Of a stretch of DNA of 38,109 bases, positions 1-9,487 are shown one piece after another (within the stretch, counting starts at the first letter, position 1; each line of letters opens with the position of its first letter). The notes beneath the pieces are model-generated. The model searched no databases. It was not told the origin of the DNA and saw only the letters and a program-made list of their open reading frames with translations. The stretch spans positions 1-38,109 of the IMG/VR virus record IMGVR_UViG_3300027887_000029. One strand, given 5' to 3'. A program made the translations under genes and the position numbers. The DNA comes from a virus (Duplodnaviria; Caudoviricetes).

Positions 1-99
1 TGACATTCTTTAATCCTCCACCAGAAGGGTTCTATATATATATTTGTTCTGGTTTTGTTCCTGCAAAAAGTTTAAAATTTTGTAGTAGAAGTTTAAACA
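1..99. repeat. 99-bp exact terminal direct repeat (copy 1); circular-assembly overlap
   Basis: Bases 1-99 are identical to 38011-38109; the ORF ending at 38016 takes its RBS and upstream region across the join. Confidence 0.97.
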
Positions 100-776
100 C
101 CAGGTGGTGGTTCTACTTCAATAACATAATCTGATATTCCAAATTGTGCTGATATAGAATTAGCTGTATTACTAGAAGCAGCTACATTTGTATATCTATG
201 AATAGGTTTATATCTTAAAGTAGTAGAATTTATTTTTTTTAATCCAATTGTATATATATCAGCTTGTGTTGAAGAAACAGATGCTAATATACCAGGACTG
301 AAAAATCCAAAATAGTTGTTTGTATTTAATACTATTAGATCGTAATAAGATGAAAAATCTCCAAAGTTGGATAAAGAATATATTCCAATAACTTTTATAT
401 ATCCTGTTTCTCCACTAGAAAATACAGGACTACCCAAAGAATTATAAACTACAACTCCATAATCAGGAAGAGCATGTATTAATTCTGATCTCCAACACAT
501 CCAAGGAACTGTTAGTCCAGCTGTATCTGATATTATCTTTGCTGCAGTTATATCTGAACCACTTTTATCATAAGATGGAATAGCAACATATCCTCCAGTA
601 ACTGGTTGAAATAAAACTATAGGAATAGCATCTGTATCTGTAATATTAATTGTATACAAAGTGTCTGCGTTAACTATATTAATAGTTCCTTTTTCAGCGT
701 AATTTAAGAAAGGAGATTTACTATCAATAACAATTCTATTGTTTAAATTTTTTATTAAAAGTCCATATTCTGCCAT
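93..776 (-). CDS. Tail-tip accessory protein (227 aa)
   Basis: Two internal YG(L/V)x(I/V)xN motifs of the kind seen in genes following lambda-J-like tips; position downstream of J. Confidence 0.6.
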   Translation of the reverse strand: MAEYGLLIKNLNNRIVIDSKSPFLNYAEKGTINIVNADTLYTINITDTDAIPIVLFQPVTGGYVAIPSYDKSGSDITAAKIISDTAGLTVPWMCWRSELIHALPDYGVVVYNSLGSPVFSSGETGYIKVIGIYSLSNFGDFSSYYDLIVLNTNNYFGFFSPGILASVSSTQADIYTIGLKKINSTTLRYKPIHRYTNVAASSNTANSISAQFGISDYVIEVEPPPGV

Positions 777-778
777 AG

Positions 779-1606
779 TTAGTATCCAAATAAAATAAGA
801 AGAGTATCACCATAAACAATGGTTGAAAATAAAGTTGAAAACATTCTTCTTGTTGTAACTATAACATCATAACCCGAAATACTTATTCCTGTTGCACAAT
901 ACGCCATTTTGTTTGTTTCTAAAGAAATAGCAAGACAATAGAAATCTGATCCATCATTTGAGTTAGCTTCTGGAAGAACATTTGAAAATGTTGTAGTTCC
1001 AGCTGAAGATATAACCGTGGATGCAACTGCTCTTAACCATCTATCTGCTACTTGTAAAATAGTAGATCCATCTTCATTGTAAATTTCTATTCCATAGTTC
1101 CCGGTTTCTGTAGAATACTTAACTCCAATTTCAATAAAGTAAATAGAAGCTTGATATGCTGTCGTAGTATTTGCATTCTTTGCATACATACTAATATCTA
1201 GATTTCTAACATCATTCCATGTCCATGTTGCAGGAGCATTTGTTGCTTTTGTTATGTCCCAAGTTCTAGTTGTTTTACCAGATGAAGAATAAACCATAGA
1301 ATTATCTAATCCATCAACACCATTGTATATAGGCAACATATATAAAGTTAGATTAGAACTAGCTAATTGATAAGTAATTCTTATATATACATTTGAAATT
1401 GGATTATCTGCATCATCTAAAGCAGGAACATTATTACCAGTTCCTTTTATCCATTTTGTAGTTTCTTTTGCAACATTCTTTGGAACAATTCTATATGCAT
1501 AAGTAGTATTATCATTATCAAAAGCGTTAGTATCATTTGTCCAGTTCGTACCTGCTTCACTACCAGAATTAAAATAAAACCAGTTTTGAACTGAAACTAC
1601 TGACAT
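779..1606 (-). CDS. Virion/tail-tip protein with one predicted beta-sandwich repeat domain and a C-terminal YGIEIYN module
   Basis: WTNDTNAFDNDNTTYA...WTWNDVRNL; similar to domains in 1610..2620 and 30189..31286; position after J. Confidence 0.55.
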   Translation of the reverse strand: MSVVSVQNWFYFNSGSEAGTNWTNDTNAFDNDNTTYAYRIVPKNVAKETTKWIKGTGNNVPALDDADNPISNVYIRITYQLASSNLTLYMLPIYNGVDGLDNSMVYSSSGKTTRTWDITKATNAPATWTWNDVRNLDISMYAKNANTTTAYQASIYFIEIGVKYSTETGNYGIEIYNEDGSTILQVADRWLRAVASTVISSAGTTTFSNVLPEANSNDGSDFYCLAISLETNKMAYCATGISISGYDVIVTTRRMFSTLFSTIVYGDTLLILFGY

Positions 1607-1609
1607 ATA

Positions 1610-2620
1610 TTATACCTCAATTGCTTGAACCCATCCACTAGCTATAGTTCGTATTGAACAATAAATGTAAATAGAAACTTCTTTAATCTTTATTACGCCA
1701 ACAGAATTAGTTCCGTAAACAAGAAATTCAATTTTCTTCAAATCCTTCCATAACCATGGACAATATTGAGTATCAAATGGATTGTTATAACCAACTATAT
1801 CAATATAATCTGTATACGTTCCATTACCAATAGTTATATAAATCCCAACATCTTCTCCACTTATTGTAGCAATAAAAGTAGTAGAAGCATTAGTATTCTC
1901 TCCATACAAATAACCTCTAACTCCAATGATTGGCCCATATAAGTTTTCATCCACTAATGGAATAGTAAAGTACAAGATTGGAGTTGTAGAATCTGATTCT
2001 TCAGAATATTCTCCATAAGTATCAATAGATCCATCATTAATATTATCTATATTAATCCATGCTGTTGCATCATCAATTACAGTTTCTGGATACACTTTTA
2101 TTCTGTTACAATATACTTCAATATATATCCAAAAGAAAAGATAAACATCTAAAGTTTTTGAAGAAACAACACTTGTGTTTTCTCCATATACTTTATATCC
2201 AAAAGAAAGATTCTTAACATCAGTCCATGAAACCAAAGATGTTGAATCAGAAATAAGATCATCTGTAATATCAGTAGTATGAAACATATAACCTGTAACT
2301 AATTGTTCTGAACCTTCAACTCCATTTAATAATGGAACTATATATGTTTTAACATTTGCATCTTGATTAATACTCACTGTATATATAGAAACAGACTTTA
2401 TTGGAAAGTCATAATCATTGAATTCTGAGGTTATAGAAAAAGGATTTGTATAACCATAACTTATCCATTTAGTAGTTTCTTTACCAGAAGAAGCAGGAAT
2501 AGTTCTTTGATAATGTTCATCAACTAGAGACCAATCAGCAGGATTAGCAAATGAAAGTTCATCATAAGAGGTTGAATCATAAGATGGAATTAAATAAGTT
2601 GTATAAGTTTCATAATTCAT
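1610..2620 (-). CDS. Virion/tail-tip protein with two predicted beta-sandwich repeat domains
   Basis: KETTKWI shared with 779..1606; SWTDVKNL and LWKDLKKI motifs; coupled to J by TAATG overlap. Confidence 0.55.
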   Translation of the reverse strand: MNYETYTTYLIPSYDSTSYDELSFANPADWSLVDEHYQRTIPASSGKETTKWISYGYTNPFSITSEFNDYDFPIKSVSIYTVSINQDANVKTYIVPLLNGVEGSEQLVTGYMFHTTDITDDLISDSTSLVSWTDVKNLSFGYKVYGENTSVVSSKTLDVYLFFWIYIEVYCNRIKVYPETVIDDATAWINIDNINDGSIDTYGEYSEESDSTTPILYFTIPLVDENLYGPIIGVRGYLYGENTNASTTFIATISGEDVGIYITIGNGTYTDYIDIVGYNNPFDTQYCPWLWKDLKKIEFLVYGTNSVGVIKIKEVSIYIYCSIRTIASGWVQAIEV

Positions 2621-5600
2621 TATGTTAGTTTTCCAATCTTAACTCTTACTACTGCTGCATTATCAGTTACAATTATTGTATCACCAGACATTACAGTATT
2701 ACCATCATCTGAAGATATAGTAACTAATCCAGCATCAAGAGTTCCTGTTTGAATATTACTTGCAGTTAACAATCCAGTTATGATCTTACCACCATCAATA
2801 ATAGTATTGTCACAATCCGCAGCACCAACTGTATCTAATGCAGCTAGATCACCAAGTGTTGGTTTATCTCCTATATTAGCATAACCAGTTGTTCCACTTC
2901 TAAAAGTTACAGCTGCATTAATATCTACTTTATAAGTTCCATCGTTATAGAATTTGAATACTGGTGTTCCTGATCCTCCTAGATTAATAGTTTTAGCATC
3001 TAAATCAATTTGCATTCCTGCTGCTGCACCGTAATCTGAAGATTGAAGTGTTCCTGCTACTATGGTTCCTATATCAGCACTAATAGCAGATAGACTTTCT
3101 ATAGCAGCTAGTTCAGAAATTAATAATCTAGAAGGAATGAACTCATAAACTATAGTAGTATAGGTTCCAGTAAAGTATAGTCTAACATACTTAGCAGTTA
3201 TGTTATTTGGCCAACCAGCATAGTTAAATCCAGCAGCTAGTTGAAAGTAATTAGTTATAGCTGCTGCTTGATTAGCTGCAGTAACTAAATTTGAATTTGC
3301 ATCTAAAGTATGATCTGCTTCTCCAGATAACCATGACCAACTAGATCCATCTACAGAATATCCAACATAGATTCTACCTGAAGCATTATTAGTCCAGATT
3401 GCAAGTCTATCAAAATAGTTTTCAATGTTATAAGCATATTGAATATACTTATCTACACCAGCTAGAACATAAGTAACTCCATCACTAGCATAGTTTCTAT
3501 CATACAACTTAGCTAAAGTAACTGCAGTATTAGAATCACTATCTGTCATTGTTATTGAGTCTTCTAATTCAACATCTACGTTTATATCTGGAATGATTAA
3601 TGGACTTGCTCCAGCAGGAATTTGACTAGCTGTTCCAATACCAAACTTATCATAAGGAACTATTCGAACATAGTAAGTAGTTCCATATGTTAATCCAAAA
3701 TAGTTAAAAGTATTTACTGGATAGTTAACATAACCAATTACATCAGTTGGAGGATTTGCTGTTCCACCTTTTATAGCATAGTAATACATATCATTATCTG
3801 CACTATTAGCCCAATCTATTTGTAGATATCCAATCTTTGCAGTAACTGTTGGTAGTGTTCCAGACATATCAGGAGCTGGATTATCAGCTACTAATATAGC
3901 AGCATTAGGAGAAACTTGACCATAGACATCTATAACATATACTTTGAACTTAATTTGTCTTATTGGAGTTCCTGCATTATCTTCATTATTCTTTTCAAAA
4001 GTATAGTTGTAGTAAGGGAATTGACTTGACTCTTGTCTTAATAGTAAATCAGCTACTGTATAAACTACTATCCTATATTCTCCAAAGGTAGTAGATGTTG
4101 CATCATCCCATTCTATTTCACAATCTTGACCATCAAATTCATCACCACCACCTTTAACTTGAAGTCCAGTAACATCTTCAACTACAGCAGGTGTAGTATC
4201 AAATGCTTGAGGACCACTATATGCCCATGCAGAGAATCCAATAATACCAGATGTTCTTACTCTAAAGTTATATGTTTCTGTATATAGATTAGTTGGTCTC
4301 CAATCTAAAGAGTTGGTTGCTGTAGTTCCAATATCATAATAAGCACTATCTGGTTCTTTTACTTGAACTTGATAGTAGTTCTTTCTTGGATCTGTAGAAT
4401 GAACCCAGCTAATTAATACTCCCCACTTATGAACTTGATTAGGACCTTCTACATAGTCATATAGTTCAGCTACTACTGTAGTTGGTGGTTCTAATACTCC
4501 ATCTGGTAATCTTGAAGTAGGAGCTTCATCAAAGATAATACCTTCTTCAACTCTAGCATACTTATTTGGATCATATAGTAAAGCTACTATTTCATACTTA
4601 CCAGGTTCTACTTCTCTATTAGTTACGATTCTAAATTGTCTTGTTTCTAGATTACTAGCAGATATTACCCAGACTGCAAATGCTTCTGCTACGTCACCAG
4701 CATCTATAGCAGCAAATGTTAGTGTCACTCCAGTATAAGGTTTAGCATTAGTAACAGTTACTTCTTTTAAAGTTCCTGCTGGAGTCTGAAATGATAAAGT
4801 ATATGTTTCACCAGCAGATAAAGTAATAGCATTATCTATAACTAATTGTGTAGTTGTACATGATACTGTTCTTCCACCAAATCTAGTAGCTGCATAGTGA
4901 TTATCTGCTACTTGAATTACTTCACCAGGAATTGCATCTATATGATCCCAACCTGCTGTATATCGAACTGTTTCTGTAGCATTTAGTTGTGTATCTAATA
5001 ACCACTTGCCAATTCTTTTTGCTTGACCTCTAGATGTGCATCCAAATGCAGTTATGTCTACTGGTTTATATCCATAAGTAACTATACTATCTGCATCGTA
5101 ATATGTTTCAATTGCAACTCTACCAAAGTCATCTAAGTCATTCCATGCTACATTTACTACTGTATTTCTTGTCTTTAATGAACTACCTTCGTAAGTAAAT
5201 AGTCCATCAATAACATTAGAATTAGTTACTACTCTTGTAGCACTAGTTGGAATGTCTTGAATAGCTGATATATATGCATTTGAAAAGATAGGAAAGGATC
5301 TAAAAGTAGATGCCATATAAGATATAACTTTATAAGCTTCTTCTCTAGTTTGAATAACACCATTGAATGAGAATCGAACTTCTTTACCACCAAATCCATC
5401 ATCAACTCCAACGAAGTCACCATTGTTATCTACAGCATCACAGTATCTAGCTATAGTGTATAAGGCATACTTATCTATATAGCTTTCATCAATACCAGCT
5501 CCATATCTAGTATTAGTTAATAGATCGTAGTAGACCCAAGCTGGATTATTACAATAACCAGTAGTAAAAGTTCCATTCCAAACACCAACATAATGATGAG

Positions 5601-6417
5601 TGCTTGGTGTATAGTTAGCTGGATACTTAATTTTCAATCCTTGTATTCTATATGCTCTATTTGGAACTGTATCGCCAAATTGTTCAGAATCTATTTCACA
5701 TCCAACCAAAGCTGTATCTGGATATATTAATTTCTCATTAATAACAGTTGTATAAGTTAACCACCAAGTAGCATTTTGAAGCTTAGCTGAATCTGAATCT
5801 GCTGTTAATCTTTCTAATTTAATGAACCAAGGACCAGCTCCATAAGTAGCAGTCAAATCAGTAACTAGATAGCTTCTTTGATACTCTGATGTACACTTAC
5901 CTGATATAGTTAAAGTTGTATTCTCAACATATACTCCAGTAGATTGAGGAGCTATTGAAATCTTTATTTCAACACTTGTTGCTCTAAGGTCTCCATTATC
6001 TGCTTGAGTTAATAAGGTAGGAACTTGAACTGTTACACGAACATCATCTATATCTGCATCATTAATATTTCTTATAGTTGGTGCTCCGTATTTCATTTCT
6101 ACGTTAACACCGATTTCACTTTCTACTTTTGAGAATCTAGGAATATAGTCTTGAGTTGGGGTTCCATTTCTAGTCCATACAGTTACACCAGTAAAGTTAG
6201 CAGTAGCTCCAGTATATAAAGGAACTTCATTTAGATATATAGATTCATTCCCATCTACTAGACCTTCAATTTCACCTTCGCATAGTAAGTCTATAACTCT
6301 AGCTGTAGCTTTAGATCGTAGAGTATTTGGATCTTCTACAGGGATATATGCAGAACCTCCACCTCCACCACCTTTAGAACCTTCTATATCTTCTAGATTA
6401 ATTTTGATTTCATCCAT
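2620..6417 (-). CDS. J: Lambda gpJ-like tail tip / host-specificity protein (1265 aa)
   Basis: GSKGGGGG start, DLLCEGEIEGLV, YPDTALVG, NNPAWVYYDLLTNTRYGAG, FGCTSRGQAKRIGKW, FN3-like C-terminal half; start moved to ATG 6417 (TAATG overlap with gpI stop). Confidence 0.95.
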   Translation of the reverse strand: MDEIKINLEDIEGSKGGGGGGSAYIPVEDPNTLRSKATARVIDLLCEGEIEGLVDGNESIYLNEVPLYTGATANFTGVTVWTRNGTPTQDYIPRFSKVESEIGVNVEMKYGAPTIRNINDADIDDVRVTVQVPTLLTQADNGDLRATSVEIKISIAPQSTGVYVENTTLTISGKCTSEYQRSYLVTDLTATYGAGPWFIKLERLTADSDSAKLQNATWWLTYTTVINEKLIYPDTALVGCEIDSEQFGDTVPNRAYRIQGLKIKYPANYTPSTHHYVGVWNGTFTTGYCNNPAWVYYDLLTNTRYGAGIDESYIDKYALYTIARYCDAVDNNGDFVGVDDGFGGKEVRFSFNGVIQTREEAYKVISYMASTFRSFPIFSNAYISAIQDIPTSATRVVTNSNVIDGLFTYEGSSLKTRNTVVNVAWNDLDDFGRVAIETYYDADSIVTYGYKPVDITAFGCTSRGQAKRIGKWLLDTQLNATETVRYTAGWDHIDAIPGEVIQVADNHYAATRFGGRTVSCTTTQLVIDNAITLSAGETYTLSFQTPAGTLKEVTVTNAKPYTGVTLTFAAIDAGDVAEAFAVWVISASNLETRQFRIVTNREVEPGKYEIVALLYDPNKYARVEEGIIFDEAPTSRLPDGVLEPPTTVVAELYDYVEGPNQVHKWGVLISWVHSTDPRKNYYQVQVKEPDSAYYDIGTTATNSLDWRPTNLYTETYNFRVRTSGIIGFSAWAYSGPQAFDTTPAVVEDVTGLQVKGGGDEFDGQDCEIEWDDATSTTFGEYRIVVYTVADLLLRQESSQFPYYNYTFEKNNEDNAGTPIRQIKFKVYVIDVYGQVSPNAAILVADNPAPDMSGTLPTVTAKIGYLQIDWANSADNDMYYYAIKGGTANPPTDVIGYVNYPVNTFNYFGLTYGTTYYVRIVPYDKFGIGTASQIPAGASPLIIPDINVDVELEDSITMTDSDSNTAVTLAKLYDRNYASDGVTYVLAGVDKYIQYAYNIENYFDRLAIWTNNASGRIYVGYSVDGSSWSWLSGEADHTLDANSNLVTAANQAAAITNYFQLAAGFNYAGWPNNITAKYVRLYFTGTYTTIVYEFIPSRLLISELAAIESLSAISADIGTIVAGTLQSSDYGAAAGMQIDLDAKTINLGGSGTPVFKFYNDGTYKVDINAAVTFRSGTTGYANIGDKPTLGDLAALDTVGAADCDNTIIDGGKIITGLLTASNIQTGTLDAGLVTISSDDGNTVMSGDTIIVTDNAAVVRVKIGKLT

Positions 6418-6992
6418 TATGCTGTCTCCACGACCTCTATAGCTGCTGAGATAATAGTTGATCCAATAATAAACTCCCCATAGCATATTGGAATTGGACC
6501 ACCTTGTTCAGAAGTATTTACTGGACCTGTAAAAACAAAGGATGGTCTTTCATCTGGATTATTTCTTTCTGGAGGAGGTCCTGGAACTGGAGTAAGTAAT
6601 TGAACTATTCCAGAAATCATTAATCCAATACCAAGTTGAATTAATGGAGTTCCAGCTCCACCACTATAAGCACTAACTATAACTCCAACAATAATCAGAA
6701 TAACTCCAAGTATAACATTTAACCATCCAGATTTACTACCTTCTATAACTGGACACAAATGAAAGTCATCCTTACCAAAATTCATTTTCAATTCTTCAAC
6801 TGGTAGATCTCTTCCTGATTCTAAAGTTTCTCCTTTTACAAATACGTAATAACCTTTCTTTAACTTCTGTAAGAACTTTGGATAGTTTGCTGCTAGTGCT
6901 CTAATAGTTTCTGCTGGACTAGATACATCGAATTGATGATCTCTACCAAACTCTTCTTCCAGATGCCCGTAAAGTTTAACGTTCCTTAGCAT
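6417..6992 (-). CDS. I: Lambda gpI-like tail assembly protein
   Basis: VKLYGHL...SPAETIRAL ubiquitin-like N-terminus, hydrophobic middle, F.GPVNTSEQGGPIPICYGE C-terminus; K-I-J order. Confidence 0.93.
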   Translation of the reverse strand: MLRNVKLYGHLEEEFGRDHQFDVSSPAETIRALAANYPKFLQKLKKGYYVFVKGETLESGRDLPVEELKMNFGKDDFHLCPVIEGSKSGWLNVILGVILIIVGVIVSAYSGGAGTPLIQLGIGLMISGIVQLLTPVPGPPPERNNPDERPSFVFTGPVNTSEQGGPIPICYGEFIIGSTIISAAIEVVETA

Positions 6993-7753
6993 TTATTTAC
7001 TCCTACATATCTCAAGTATTTCTCCATGAATCTTTCGTATATATACATTGGATCTTGTCTTGAGAATCTTCCGTATAGATGATGAAGTATTAGATTACCA
7101 CCAACATAGATTCCACAATGGTTTAAAACTGTAGCTTGAACCTTAGCGAAAAAGAAATCACCTGGTTGTAGTTCTTCTTTACTAATGTAGATAAAACCTG
7201 CTTCTTCCATACCGTCTTCAAGCATCTTTTCTGGAATCTTTACTTCTCCAGTTCGTCTATCTTTTGACTCCCAAAAGAAGTTTTCTCTAGGATATTGAGG
7301 AATTAATATATCTTTTTGTCTCAAATAGTCTCGAACTAGACCAAAACAGTCATACGCCGAAAAAATAAACTGTCTACCTAATAATGTTTGAACTGGAAGT
7401 TGATCTCCAAAGAACCAAAATTGTTCAACTGCTAGATTCTTATTTAGAGAGCAAATACCCCAAGGAATGTTTGAATTTATTTGGCCAATCATATCTTTCT
7501 TGGATCCATGAGGATAACTATCATGACTATGAACTATACACTTTATTCTATCTACATATTTCAGATAAACTTCTGGACTAATTTTAAAGTCATTTAACTT
7601 GTCTTCTGCAATATTTTCACAAGGAACAAACTCATCTTCAAGAAAAAATCCACAAGCTTCATTGGGATACAAACTTCTTGCATAATCAATAAAACTATTC
7701 TTTAACTCTTGAGAAAAATACTCAAGTTGTGGACCATTAAAATAATCTCTCAT
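6986..7753 (-). CDS. K: Lambda gpK-like tail assembly protein (JAB/MPN + NlpC/P60)
   Basis: YPNEACG, HSH...S..D JAMM motif, YDCFGLVRDY and NHCGIY.GG..ILHH. Confidence 0.93.
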   Translation of the reverse strand: MRDYFNGPQLEYFSQELKNSFIDYARSLYPNEACGFFLEDEFVPCENIAEDKLNDFKISPEVYLKYVDRIKCIVHSHDSYPHGSKKDMIGQINSNIPWGICSLNKNLAVEQFWFFGDQLPVQTLLGRQFIFSAYDCFGLVRDYLRQKDILIPQYPRENFFWESKDRRTGEVKIPEKMLEDGMEEAGFIYISKEELQPGDFFFAKVQATVLNHCGIYVGGNLILHHLYGRFSRQDPMYIYERFMEKYLRYVGVNKC

Positions 7754-8332
7754 TTATCCTCCGTTTTCTATATATCTATGACAAACTTTACAATATGTAT
7801 TCCACGCTCTTGCTTCCATACATTTATAATCTTTTGGATCCAAAGTATTATGCATTTCTAATCTATAACCATCGTATTTTTCTCTGTGTTCTTCAAGTGT
7901 CATTCCACATCTTTCACATTTAGATTTACCAAACTTATCCCAAGCAATTCGGTGCCAATAAATAGAATCTCCTCCTTTCCAACTTGCACTTTTTTCTTTA
8001 ACATACTTTCCTTTTAAAGATTTTGATATTTTTTCTTTAGTCTCGTTTGTAATTATATTTCCTATATTAATTAGTCTTAACTTTTCTTTTGTTTCTTCAG
8101 TAAGATGTCTTCCAGTCATAAACTTACTAATTTTTTTTCTTACTTCATCTCGTTTAGATATATTATTTTCACCAATCATATCTATTCTTTTTTTTCCAGT
8201 AATAGAGTTTCTAATTTTTTCTTTTGTTTCTTCAGTAAGATGTCTTCCTTTTAATTTAGATTGTTTTCCTTTTAGTGCTTCTCTTATTTTTTGTTTATGC
8301 TCTTCTGTTTGTTTATATCCCTTTTTAAACAT
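7754..8332 (-). CDS. NUMOD3-repeat HNH-like protein, 'MHN' variant
   Basis: GRHLTEETKEK twice, WKGG, CERC...LEMHNTLDPKDY...CKVCH; start moved to ATG 8332 with GGAGG at 8341-8345. Confidence 0.8.
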   Translation of the reverse strand: MFKKGYKQTEEHKQKIREALKGKQSKLKGRHLTEETKEKIRNSITGKKRIDMIGENNISKRDEVRKKISKFMTGRHLTEETKEKLRLINIGNIITNETKEKISKSLKGKYVKEKSASWKGGDSIYWHRIAWDKFGKSKCERCGMTLEEHREKYDGYRLEMHNTLDPKDYKCMEARAWNTYCKVCHRYIENGG

Positions 8333-8393
8333 TTCCAGATCCTCCATATATAAATTTATATTTTGTTCTGGAAATTATTAATTAAACTACGAC

Positions 8394-9143
8394 TCACCGT
8401 CTCCAGGGTCGGCCCGCTCTGGCCACCCCTGGAAAAGCTCTTGTTGGTAATTCGTCTGTATCTAAAGGATAACGTAATTGACAATCACTAATTCTTCTAC
8501 CACACTTATCATCTTCTGGATCAACAACTATTTCACCATCTTCATCAAAATAGTCAGTTCCAGTATATGGACAAGTAACTCCTGTATATACAAATGATCC
8601 ACCACTATATATTCTGTATCTATGGGTACAAGTATCCCTTAGTATTTGTCTTCTAGGAATATATTGTCCAGTAAGATCTAGAAATGAAGTTAACTCCCAT
8701 TGAATCATATACTTATTGTGACCAACCTTTCTATCTACTATATAGATATCAACTGGGAATTGAGCTGTTGGATCTGCTTCTGGTTCTCCATCTAAATATT
8801 TCTTGAATGTTCTTCTTCTAGTTAACTTTGCTCCAACTAGGTCATTCAATGAAGTTACTAAAGAAGCAAATGTTAAGTTCACATTAGCTACACTTATCTT
8901 TGGTCTTGGTTGTGTTCCTTCACTAGTTACTTCAAATCCTTCTAGCTTAACATCTAGTGGTTGATATTCTACACCATTGAAGAATACACTTGTAGATACC
9001 TCACTGGTAGCATCCGTTATAGTATTAGGAGTAAAGTAATATGTTATACCACCTATATCCGTGCAATCCAAATCAAATAAAACTACATACTCTCCAGGTT
9101 CAGAAGATTGAACATCCGAAGCTAATGCTGCATCTAGAGTCAT
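8394..9143 (-). CDS. L: Lambda gpL-like minor tail protein
   Basis: QPRPKISVAN, DLVGAKLTRRRTFKKYLD, ADPTAQFP, four C-terminal Cys (Fe-S ligands in lambda gpL). Confidence 0.93.
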   Translation of the reverse strand: MTLDAALASDVQSSEPGEYVVLFDLDCTDIGGITYYFTPNTITDATSEVSTSVFFNGVEYQPLDVKLEGFEVTSEGTQPRPKISVANVNLTFASLVTSLNDLVGAKLTRRRTFKKYLDGEPEADPTAQFPVDIYIVDRKVGHNKYMIQWELTSFLDLTGQYIPRRQILRDTCTHRYRIYSGGSFVYTGVTCPYTGTDYFDEDGEIVVDPEDDKCGRRISDCQLRYPLDTDELPTRAFPGVARAGRPWRR

Positions 9144-9475
9144 AGATCATACTCCCTTTGAAAGCTTGCATTTAAACTATCTACACCACTACCTGTTTTA
9201 GTTCTACCCCATTCTGCACAACTCCACTTTTTACTTACTGCTTCACCAGGAGGAGTCCAATCGAAAGATTCCCAACCACCTCTAGCAACCAAGAAATCAT
9301 CTATATCATCTATAGTTGTATCTTCATTTACAAATTCTAAGTCCCAGGTTTCATCTATGTTATTGATACCGTCTGCTGCTCTTTGTCTATATCCATCTCC
9401 AAACCCGCTTATTAAAACTTTGGGTGTAGCCTTTCTTGCTGCTCCGTATTTGGGTGTCCACGTAAAAGTTGCCAT
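9140..9475 (-). CDS. M: Lambda gpM-like distal tail protein
   Basis: TFTWTP, FGDGYRQRAADGIN, FLVARGGWESFDWTPP. Confidence 0.93.
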   Translation of the reverse strand: MATFTWTPKYGAARKATPKVLISGFGDGYRQRAADGINNIDETWDLEFVNEDTTIDDIDDFLVARGGWESFDWTPPGEAVSKKWSCAEWGRTKTGSGVDSLNASFQREYDL

Positions 9476-9487
9476 CTATATTACTCC

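Noticed and set aside
46-60. GTTC-N7-GTTC resembling an alphaproteobacterial LexA box
   Set aside because: Single instance noticed, explained by two adjacent GAACAAA motifs; no supporting SOS context
1-99. Terminal repeat as a biological phage DTR
   Set aside because: It is exactly 99 bp and cuts through a gene start, which fits an assembler overlap better
8345-8369. AGAACAAA plus TATA run as an archaeal BRE/TATA promoter
   Set aside because: Several copies are too close to the RBS for the ~25-bp TATA-to-start spacing, and the lambda-like tip with NlpC/P60 points to a bacterial host; not fully excluded
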